Below are positions 22,229-30,442 of a stretch of 46,776 bases of DNA, piece after piece; within the stretch, counting starts at the first letter, position 1, and every line of letters starts with the position of its first letter. The position numbers and the translations under genes are program-made. The notes under the pieces are model-generated. The model was not told where the DNA came from. It worked only from the letters and a program-made list of their open reading frames with translations, and did no database searches. Source of the DNA: Psychromonas sp. (GTDB lineage: Bacteria > Pseudomonadota > Gammaproteobacteria > Enterobacterales > Psychromonadaceae); the NCBI GenBank assembly GCA_023145575.1, contig JAGLDN010000153.1:1-46776 (forward strand), written 5' to 3'.

Positions 22229-23257
22229 ATGACATATCCCATTCTTTTCAGATTTGATGGTGGAAATAAGATAGGGCTAGGGCATGCTTATCGTTGTTTT
22301 GCTTTAATCGAATATTTGGCATTACACCATAAAATAATCTGCTTGATTATTGTAAACCAATTGCCAGAATTTCTCTGTTTAAAGCTAAAAACGCTTAATT
22401 GTTCGGTGTTATCATTTAAGAAAAATGATGATGAAATAGCGATAATTAAACGATGTAGCGCTCAAAATAACAGTACAGGATTAATTTTAGATGGCTATCA
22501 ATTTGATCAAGCTTACAGGCTTAAGCTTGCGCGTTTAGGTTTGAAAATTATATGTTTTGACGATACCAATTCATTACGAAAATTACATTGCGATATTATC
22601 ATTAATTCACAGCCACAGGCTAAACTATTAGGCTATCAATATTCAGCGCCTTATGCCTTACACTTGCTTGGTTTGTGTTATAGTATAGTATGTCAAGACT
22701 TTATCGCAAGTCGTAAGCTTAATTTTTGTGATAGAAAAAAAATCCTGATCAATTTTGGTGGCAGTGATTGTACTGATTTAACAATAACATTTATTCAAAA
22801 ATTAGCAATTGTTCAGGATCTGATTGATCCGTGCGATGTAGTTATTGTCACAGGAGGGGCTTACTCAAGCCCTGATAAAGTCGATGACCTGTGTCAAGAT
22901 GCAGGGTTTGAACATGTCCATAATAGCCAAAATATGGCAAGACTTTTAACCCGATGTCGCATGGCAATTTGTGCTGCTGGTTCAATAGTTTATGAACTTG
23001 CCTATTGTGGTGTACCAAGTATTTTATTAACCGTTGCAGATAATCAACTGTTTTCTGCTCAATCACACCAAAAAGCTGGTTGGTGTTATGCTTTTGATGG
23101 GTTAGACAGTCATGGATTACGCCTAGCATTTTCACGCGCAATATATCTTTGGGCAGATAACGTTCAATTAACTGCCATGTCAGAAAAAGCGATGCAACTC
23201 ATTGATGGGAAAGGTGTTAAACGGATCACTGATCAAATATTAAAAATCTTAGATTAA
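22229..23257 (+). CDS. pseG: UDP-2,4-diacetamido-2,4,6-trideoxy-beta-L-altropyranose hydrolase
   Basis: FRFDGGNKIGLGHAYRC, ILDGY, FGGSD, AAGS..YEL and VADNQ. Confidence 0.88.
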   Translation: MTYPILFRFDGGNKIGLGHAYRCFALIEYLALHHKIICLIIVNQLPEFLCLKLKTLNCSVLSFKKNDDEIAIIKRCSAQNNSTGLILDGYQFDQAYRLKLARLGLKIICFDDTNSLRKLHCDIIINSQPQAKLLGYQYSAPYALHLLGLCYSIVCQDFIASRKLNFCDRKKILINFGGSDCTDLTITFIQKLAIVQDLIDPCDVVIVTGGAYSSPDKVDDLCQDAGFEHVHNSQNMARLLTRCRMAICAAGSIVYELAYCGVPSILLTVADNQLFSAQSHQKAGWCYAFDGLDSHGLRLAFSRAIYLWADNVQLTAMSEKAMQLIDGKGVKRITDQILKILD

Positions 23258-23288
23258 ATATGAAAAAACAACACAAGATATTTTTGAA

Positions 23289-23849
23289 ATGATTAATACA
23301 CCAGGTCCTTCCCGAAAATGGGATTTTCATCGCTATGGTGTTAGCCTTAGCAAATTCATTGAGTCTGATATTGAAATGGTTAGACAATGGCGAAACACGC
23401 CAAAAATTTCTCAGCAGATGCTCGATAAAACATATATCACCGAAAAGCAACAACAAGCCTGGTATCAACAACTGATACAAGACGAAAGTCAACAATACTT
23501 TCTCGCTTATTTCAAAGAGCAAGCAATCGGTGTAGTTTCACTTACTAAGATTGACAGATTAGGTGGCACAGCAGAGCCGGGAATGTATATATATAATGAT
23601 GACTTTCTCAATAATATCGTACCTTTTTGTGTTGCATTTGCACTCAATGATTTCGCCTTTGAGGAACTACAATTAAAGCGTTTATACGGTAAGATTTACC
23701 TTACCAATAGAGCATCTATTCGCTTTCATGAAGCATCAGGTTATCAAATTGATAAGCATGATAAAAACACAGGCTTGCAGATAATACATTTAGATAAACA
23801 TGCCTATAACTTTGCGAAACAAAAAATAACCCAGTTTATAAGGTATTAA
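23289..23849 (+). CDS. pseH: PseH-like GNAT N-acyltransferase
   Basis: IEMVRQWRN, N.ASIRFHE..G; follows pseG. Confidence 0.75.
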   Translation: MINTPGPSRKWDFHRYGVSLSKFIESDIEMVRQWRNTPKISQQMLDKTYITEKQQQAWYQQLIQDESQQYFLAYFKEQAIGVVSLTKIDRLGGTAEPGMYIYNDDFLNNIVPFCVAFALNDFAFEELQLKRLYGKIYLTNRASIRFHEASGYQIDKHDKNTGLQIIHLDKHAYNFAKQKITQFIRY

Positions 23850-23850
23850 T

Positions 23851-24075
23851 TTGAAAACTATTAATGACATATTCGCAGAAAGCTTAGATATTCCATTAGC
23901 TGATGTGACAGATGATTTAAGCTATCAAGCAATTGCACAATGGGATTCAACTGCTCACATGGTATTGATTGGCGCAATTGAAAATCATTACGATATAATG
24001 ATGGATACGGATGATATTATTGATATGAGCTCTGTTGCCAAAGCTAAAAAGATCATCAAAAAATATCAACAATAA
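23851..24075 (+). CDS. Acyl carrier protein
   Basis: 74-aa acidic protein with phosphopantetheine site WDS.AHM.LI..IE; TTG start. Confidence 0.9.
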   Translation: MKTINDIFAESLDIPLADVTDDLSYQAIAQWDSTAHMVLIGAIENHYDIMMDTDDIIDMSSVAKAKKIIKKYQQ

Positions 24076-24086
24076 ATTGAAAAAAT

Positions 24087-24833
24087 ATGAAACTTCTTGA
24101 AAATAAAAATATTATTGTCACTGGATCATGTCGTGGAATAGGGCTTGCGACCAGTCAATTATTTGCTCAACATGGCGCCAATTTATGGCTCAATGGTCGC
24201 GACGAGCTAGCACTACAAACACTCAGCGCGAAGCTAACATCTCAATTTAAAAATAATAATCATGTGTGTTGTTTTGATGTTTCTGTCTATGATCAGGTTA
24301 AAAATGGTTTTCAATCTCTTTTTAAACAATGTAAAAAACTCGATGTATTAGTTAATAATGCTGGTATATTAGACGATGCTTTGATCGGTATGGTGAGCCA
24401 AAAACAAATTGCTCACACATTTTCAACAAACACTTATAGTGTCCTGTATTGTAGTCAATATGCACAACGATTAATGATACGAAATGGTGGAGGATCTATT
24501 ATTAATTTAGCATCTATTGTCGGTGTGAATGGCAATGCAGGGCAATCTGTCTATGCCGCGAGTAAGGCCGCCATCATTGGCGCGACATTATCTTTATCAA
24601 AGGAGTTGGCAAGCGCTAATATTCGTGTAAATGCAATTGCACCAGGCTTTATCGATACTGACATGGCGCGCTCAATAGGTGACGAGTTATATTTACAACG
24701 CGTTGATAGTATTGCAATGAAACGTGTGGGTAAAGCGCAAGATATTGCCAATACAGCACTGTATCTTGCAAGTGATTTGTCCAGCTATGTGACAGGCCAA
24801 GTTATCGGCGTAGATGGTGGTATGTTAATTTGA
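24087..24833 (+). CDS. FabG-like SDR oxidoreductase
   Basis: TGSCRGIG, NNAG, YAASK, RVNAIAPG and GQVIGVDGG. Confidence 0.92.
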   Translation: MKLLENKNIIVTGSCRGIGLATSQLFAQHGANLWLNGRDELALQTLSAKLTSQFKNNNHVCCFDVSVYDQVKNGFQSLFKQCKKLDVLVNNAGILDDALIGMVSQKQIAHTFSTNTYSVLYCSQYAQRLMIRNGGGSIINLASIVGVNGNAGQSVYAASKAAIIGATLSLSKELASANIRVNAIAPGFIDTDMARSIGDELYLQRVDSIAMKRVGKAQDIANTALYLASDLSSYVTGQVIGVDGGMLI

Positions 24834-24870
24834 GTCATTGTATCTCCTATACCCTTGTTACTGGAATTAT

Positions 24871-26295
24871 ATGAAAAATGCATTTTGGCAGACTAATCAC
24901 CTAGCAGCACAAGAACAAGAAAATACCGCATTAATAATGATAGATAATATACTGCTTGAGAACACGCCAATTGAAGAAAAAGTAAGCTACTCACAATTAA
25001 ATCATCTTGTCACTCAAGCGAAACAAAAAATACGCACGCAATTAACGATATATTCGTCAAAAAAACAATTATTGATGATAGTCGCTCAGTACAGCATTAA
25101 TAGCATTGTTTATTATTTGGCTGCTTTGCAATTAAAGCAGGTTGTTTGGTGGGTAGATAAAGACTTATCAACTGAAAAACAGCAACATTTATGCTCGTAT
25201 TATCAAGTTAATTTATTGATAAACAATGGTCATATAATACGTATTGGATACTTTGAACATACGATACATCCTGATCTCGCGTTATTGATGACGACGTCAG
25301 GTAGCACCGGAAGTCCCACATTAGTTCGTTTGAGTTATGAAAATTTACGCAGCAATTGCCACTCAATTTGCCATGCTTTAACATTACAAAGCAATGATAG
25401 TGTGATCACCACCCTGCCCTTTCACTATAGTTTTGGATTGTCTATTTTAAACACGCACTTAAATCAAGGCGCAACCATCGTATTAAATGCAGATGGAGTA
25501 TTAACGCGTGAATTTTGGCAAAAAATAAAGCGCTACAACATTCGTTGTTTATATGGTGTGCCTTATGTTTTTGATATGCTTTTACGCCTCGGTTTTGCGC
25601 GTCTTTCTCTGCATTCTTTGCGATTTTTAGCGGTTGCTGGTGGAAAACTCAATCATAAAAAAGTAACACGGGTCAATGACTGGTGTTTAGCAGAGCAAAA
25701 ACAATTTTTCCTGATGTATGGGCAAACAGAGGCAACCGCAAGAATAGCTATTTTAGATCCTAATCAAGTTAAAAATAAGCCTTACTCAATTGGTAAAGCC
25801 ATTTTAGGAGGAAAACTTTGGATTAATAAAAAACAAGGATCTCAACAAGGCGAACTTTGTTATTTAGGTAATAATGTCATGATGGGTACAGCTAATAATA
25901 CTGATATGCTTAGTTTGCCAGCCTCTCATAATATATTACGTACTGGTGATCTTGCCGTTTGTGATAACGAGGGAGACTTTCAAATTGTCGCCCGTTTAAA
26001 ACGTTTTATAAAAATAGTGGGAAAACGCATTAATTTAGATGACGTTGAAATATTTTTCAACGACAATCATCTCAGCGCGGCTTGTTGTGGTGAAGATGAT
26101 TTAATAGTGTGTTATATTTTAAACGCATCATTAAAAGATAAAACGCCTAAGCAGTTAAAGACCATATTATGCCGTTATTTACAAATACACAGCAGTTATG
26201 CTCAGATTGTTGTGCTTGATACTTTTCCTTATTTATCCTCAGGAAAAATTAACTACTCTTTTTTATTACAGCGTGAAAAAAATGAACTGGGATGA
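24871..26295 (+). CDS. AMP-binding (ANL) acyl-activating enzyme
   Basis: TTSGSTGSP, MYGQTEAT, RTGDL and SSGKINY. ATG 24871 preferred over TTG 24838. Confidence 0.9.
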   Translation: MKNAFWQTNHLAAQEQENTALIMIDNILLENTPIEEKVSYSQLNHLVTQAKQKIRTQLTIYSSKKQLLMIVAQYSINSIVYYLAALQLKQVVWWVDKDLSTEKQQHLCSYYQVNLLINNGHIIRIGYFEHTIHPDLALLMTTSGSTGSPTLVRLSYENLRSNCHSICHALTLQSNDSVITTLPFHYSFGLSILNTHLNQGATIVLNADGVLTREFWQKIKRYNIRCLYGVPYVFDMLLRLGFARLSLHSLRFLAVAGGKLNHKKVTRVNDWCLAEQKQFFLMYGQTEATARIAILDPNQVKNKPYSIGKAILGGKLWINKKQGSQQGELCYLGNNVMMGTANNTDMLSLPASHNILRTGDLAVCDNEGDFQIVARLKRFIKIVGKRINLDDVEIFFNDNHLSAACCGEDDLIVCYILNASLKDKTPKQLKTILCRYLQIHSSYAQIVVLDTFPYLSSGKINYSFLLQREKNELG

Positions 26296-27346
26296 ATTGA
26301 TAACACTACCTGTTTATCGCCTAACGACAAAACAAAAATCGCCTTTATTTAAAAAGGCATTACAAAACTTAGCGCAATACCATTTTGAAAACAGTGAAGA
26401 TTATCGGTCAATCATACAATTTTTATATCCCGCGCAATGGCTTAATAAAGAGGTCCCTCCCCTGGCTGTCAGCCTTTTTAAACATCACCTACTAAAAAGC
26501 ATCGCAAATGATGATGTTTTCAAAATAACCACGTCATCAGGTACAACCTCTCAACACGTTTCGCGTATTGTTTTAGATAAAATAAATATTGTCCGACAAC
26601 AAAAAATATTGTCAAAAATAATGCAACAATGGCTGGGGCCAAAGCGACTACCCATGTTAATTATCGATCACGCCAATGTGATCAAAGATAAATTTAGTTA
26701 CTCAGCAAGAGGCGTCGGCATTCAAGGTTTATCTTTATTTGGTTATGATCATACCTATGCTTTACATGAGGATATGAGCATCAACATGGCAGCGATAAGT
26801 CAATTCTTTGAGACGTATAAAAACCAGCATATTATTATTTTTGGCTTTACTTTTATTATTTGGCAATACTTTATTGAGGTATTAAAAAAACATGAAAAGC
26901 ATTTTAAGCTTAATAATGTTACCTTGTTTCACAGTGGTGGTTGGAAAAAACTGCAAGCGTTAGCTGTATCAAATAAAACGTTTACCGCGCAAATTAAAGC
27001 ACAATTAGGTCAAATATCCGTGCATAATTTTTATGCCATGGTGGAACAAACAGGTACTATTTATGTCGAATGTGACGCGGGATATCTACATTGTCCCGTT
27101 TGGAGTGATGTGATCATTCGCAGTAAAAAAGATTTATCCGTCATCGAAGAGCTGGGAGTAGAGGGTGTTATTCAAGTGAATTCATTGCTAGCAACAAGCT
27201 ACCCTGGCCATGCGCTCTTAACAGAAGATCTCGGGGTTATCTTTGGTGAAGATAACTGCAACTGTGGGCTAAAAGGTAAATATTTCCAGGTAAATGGCCG
27301 TTTGAAAAAAGCACAAGTAAGAGGCTGTAGTGATACTCAATCTTGA
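26282..27346 (+). CDS. LuxE-like acyl-protein synthetase
   Basis: TSSGTTS..SRI, FGFTF, HSGGWKKL, YAMVEQ, SYPGHALLTEDLG and C-terminal RGC. Start ATG 26282 overlaps the upstream gene; ORF track gives 26198. Confidence 0.88.
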   Translation: MNWDELITLPVYRLTTKQKSPLFKKALQNLAQYHFENSEDYRSIIQFLYPAQWLNKEVPPLAVSLFKHHLLKSIANDDVFKITTSSGTTSQHVSRIVLDKINIVRQQKILSKIMQQWLGPKRLPMLIIDHANVIKDKFSYSARGVGIQGLSLFGYDHTYALHEDMSINMAAISQFFETYKNQHIIIFGFTFIIWQYFIEVLKKHEKHFKLNNVTLFHSGGWKKLQALAVSNKTFTAQIKAQLGQISVHNFYAMVEQTGTIYVECDAGYLHCPVWSDVIIRSKKDLSVIEELGVEGVIQVNSLLATSYPGHALLTEDLGVIFGEDNCNCGLKGKYFQVNGRLKKAQVRGCSDTQS

Positions 27347-28511
27347 AGCATATGCCGTAAAAATATTATTGCCAATCGACCGAACAACTAAAATAGATAC
27401 GACTTTTTGTTTGCCTCCTTTTTCAACTGACCTACTAAATGAATTAACTCAGCTAGGCACATTTTTAATGCGTTTTGGTCGCGAATTCCCCAATATTGTA
27501 GCGGCTGGGTATTGGTTAAGAAAAAGTAACCTTTTAACAATTAAGTCGCAATATCCTACGCAACAATTGAAAGCAACAGGCTGCGTTTTTCATATTGCGC
27601 CAGGCAATGTAGACACTCTTTTTTTTTACTCCATGATGGTGTCTGTTTTATGCGGCAACCAAACCATATTGAGGTTGAGTAATAAGTTAACGACAGATAG
27701 TCACGTTTTACTTGAATTGATCAATCAATTCTTTTGTAAATCGTCAGATAAACATCTAATTTTTTCATTAATCACTGTGCTTCAATATGAGCATAACGAC
27801 CTGATTAGTTCAAAAATATCTTCTGTTTCAACAGCAAGAGTTATCTGGGGAAGTAATAAAACCATTAAGCATCTTAGTCAATTTCCTTTATATAAATCAA
27901 CCAACAATATTTGCTTCCCCGACAGGTATTCGGTCGCCATCATTCAAATTGACACCGAGGCTCAAATTAAACCTGCTGTAGAGAATTTATTGCGCGATAT
28001 TCAACCCTATTTTCAACAGGCCTGCTCCTCGCCTAAAGTCGTCTATTGGTTGAATACCAAAACATGGATCCAAGAAAAATTTTGGCGGTTATTGTCCAAC
28101 CAATTAAATGAAAAAGAAACATTAGATACAAGCGACCTTATGGCGCAATTACTTTATCTACAACGTCTTCCATTATTACTTAATACGAGTATGAACCAGA
28201 ATACCTGTTTATTCAAAAAGTATGATCCATTACACTTAATCGAACTTGAATTTATTACCGTTGATAGCGTAAAGTATCATTGTGGACTTTGGGTGTTATT
28301 AAGCGTGCAAATTAATCAATTAAATGATGTGAAATTATTTGACCATTGCCAAAGCGTCACCCTATCTGGCATTGAACCAACACAATGCCAACATTGGCAA
28401 AAAAACACACAGCAACCGATGAAACGCATTTTACCCGCAGGGCAGGCCTTGACTTTTTCGCATAAATGGGACGGGGTGGATTTAGTTGCACGGTTGTCGG
28501 TTAATTGTTAG
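27330..28511 (+). CDS. LuxC-like acyl-CoA reductase
   Basis: VFHIAPGNV, RVIWG, FPDRYS, catalytic QQACSSP and WDG. Confidence 0.85.
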   Translation: MILNLEAYAVKILLPIDRTTKIDTTFCLPPFSTDLLNELTQLGTFLMRFGREFPNIVAAGYWLRKSNLLTIKSQYPTQQLKATGCVFHIAPGNVDTLFFYSMMVSVLCGNQTILRLSNKLTTDSHVLLELINQFFCKSSDKHLIFSLITVLQYEHNDLISSKISSVSTARVIWGSNKTIKHLSQFPLYKSTNNICFPDRYSVAIIQIDTEAQIKPAVENLLRDIQPYFQQACSSPKVVYWLNTKTWIQEKFWRLLSNQLNEKETLDTSDLMAQLLYLQRLPLLLNTSMNQNTCLFKKYDPLHLIELEFITVDSVKYHCGLWVLLSVQINQLNDVKLFDHCQSVTLSGIEPTQCQHWQKNTQQPMKRILPAGQALTFSHKWDGVDLVARLSVNC

Positions 28512-28570
28512 CGTCGTCTCACTGACGTTGCATTTTAAAGTAACATTAGTATCAACTATTGGCTGATAAT

Positions 28571-30010
28571 ATGGATATTAATATCAACGTTATCAAAATA
28601 TATGTTGCACCTGCAAACCCTGCTGGTCGGCAACTCATGCAAAAATTAAAGTCTCAAGGAATCAATGTCGTGGGTATGATGGATAATATAAAGGTTGGTG
28701 AAAATATTATCTCCTCTTCACAACCAACGCACGCATTTAAAGTTATTGTCGCCAATGGTGCCTTTCAATTGAATGTTGCAGAAGGCTTATTCAACAACGG
28801 CGTTAATATAAAGCAAATTTATATTGCTTCAAAGCAAGGATATATTAATCAATACTCTCGCAGTTTTACACGACGGCTTAGAACAAAGCTGACAACTATT
28901 TTCGTCCTAGCGATCCAATTATTACGCCTAATTCCTTACCGTCATCGTAGAGTATATTACGCAGAATCATTTGTTGACGCTAATATACTTGTACTGTATG
29001 CAAAAGATCGCGCTAACAATCAAGATGTGGTACTCGTTGTGGATAAACCCAAGGCGGCCTCAAGTGAACTCAATGCAATTAGCATTAAGCAACAGCCTTT
29101 GCTCGCATTTTTCTCAATGCTTTTTGCTCGCTCTTTTATTGTTGATCATGAATACCAATCTTTACTGTTCTCCTCATTAAGGCTTTTTGTGCCAGTAGTG
29201 CAGCTTTGGCATGGTTTACCATATAAGCACCTTAGTGGAAACGCGCATTACCACAATATTAATGATGCCTGCTTTATATCAAGCTCCACTTGGTTTAATG
29301 ATCATGTCTTTAGTAAAATATTTAATAGTAAACAATTTTCCAACATAGGTTATCCCCGTAATGATGTTTTTTTTCAAACAAAAATACAGCGGTCTTGGCT
29401 GAACGCTGAGCCTTTATCGACACTTGAAACAATCATTAATAAAACAGGACAGATCATAATTTACGCACCGACATATAGAGACAGTCAAGATGATAATTAC
29501 CCACTAAACTTTGATGAAATCAATCTTTGGTGTCAGCAACACAACTGTAGTTTTATTTTAAAATATCACCCCTTCATCTCCCGTACCATCACTGAAAATA
29601 TGGGAATTGCAGCGAGCGAACAACTCTCTCCATTACTTGATTTTAGCCATATTTATATTTATCCAAATGGTAAAAATGTATACCCTTGGCTTGCAGAAGC
29701 TATCATGTTAATTACTGATTATTCATCCATTGCGTTTGATTTTATGTTATCAGAAAAACCAATTTTATATTATCAATTTGATAAGGCGGAATATAACAAA
29801 ATACGTGGCGAGCCTTTAGTTGGAGACGATATTTTCATCAAAGGATCCCTTGTAACAACCTTTGCAGAGTTATTACCGGCAATGACTCAATCTCTTAAAT
29901 GTTTTGCAGATCCAAAAGAAAAACGCAATAAATTAATAATGAATGACCAACATCAAGCCTGCTCATCAGCAATTATTTCACTTATTAATGAAATAGAGCA
30001 ACAAGGATAA
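28571..30010 (+). CDS. TagF/TagB-like CDP-glycerol(polyol) phosphotransferase with N-terminal Rossmann-like extension
   Basis: QLWHG.P.K, GYPRND, IYAPTYRD, LKYHP and LITDYSSIAFDF motifs. Start ATG 28571 or TTG 28559. Confidence 0.9.
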   Translation: MDININVIKIYVAPANPAGRQLMQKLKSQGINVVGMMDNIKVGENIISSSQPTHAFKVIVANGAFQLNVAEGLFNNGVNIKQIYIASKQGYINQYSRSFTRRLRTKLTTIFVLAIQLLRLIPYRHRRVYYAESFVDANILVLYAKDRANNQDVVLVVDKPKAASSELNAISIKQQPLLAFFSMLFARSFIVDHEYQSLLFSSLRLFVPVVQLWHGLPYKHLSGNAHYHNINDACFISSSTWFNDHVFSKIFNSKQFSNIGYPRNDVFFQTKIQRSWLNAEPLSTLETIINKTGQIIIYAPTYRDSQDDNYPLNFDEINLWCQQHNCSFILKYHPFISRTITENMGIAASEQLSPLLDFSHIYIYPNGKNVYPWLAEAIMLITDYSSIAFDFMLSEKPILYYQFDKAEYNKIRGEPLVGDDIFIKGSLVTTFAELLPAMTQSLKCFADPKEKRNKLIMNDQHQACSSAIISLINEIEQQG

Positions 30011-30012
30011 AC

Positions 30013-30420
30013 ATGTCGAAAAACATTGTTGTAACCTATGGCTCCTTTGATCTTTTTCATATTGGTCACCTGCGACTACTAGCACGCGCTAAACAGTACG
30101 GAGACACTCTGATAGTGTTTGTATCCTCGGATGAATTTACTCAACAAAAAGGTAAGCAATGCTTGCTCCCTTATGAGCAACGCGCTGAAATGATTTCTGG
30201 CTGTCGCTATGTTGATAAAGTATTTACAGAACATTGCTGGGAGCAGAAAATTGAAAATATTGAAACGCTTAATGTTTCAACTTTCGTAATGGGCGATGAC
30301 TGGCAAGGGAAATTTGATTTTTTAAAAACTTATTGCGATGTTGTCTATTTGCCGAGGACCTCTTCTATTTCATCAACCTTTGTCAAGCAATCAATGCGCA
30401 TAATAGCAAATATTAATTAA
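30013..30420 (+). CDS. tagD: Glycerol-3-phosphate cytidylyltransferase-like
   Basis: TYGSFDLFHIGH, MGDDW.GKFDFL and YLPRT..ISST. Confidence 0.88.
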   Translation: MSKNIVVTYGSFDLFHIGHLRLLARAKQYGDTLIVFVSSDEFTQQKGKQCLLPYEQRAEMISGCRYVDKVFTEHCWEQKIENIETLNVSTFVMGDDWQGKFDFLKTYCDVVYLPRTSSISSTFVKQSMRIIANIN

Positions 30421-30442
30421 ACCATTAACTATAGAGTAACGT

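Noticed and set aside
26282-28511. Bioluminescence (lux) operon
   Set aside because: No luxA/luxB luciferase, luxD or luxG; the context is ACP, SDR and pse genes.
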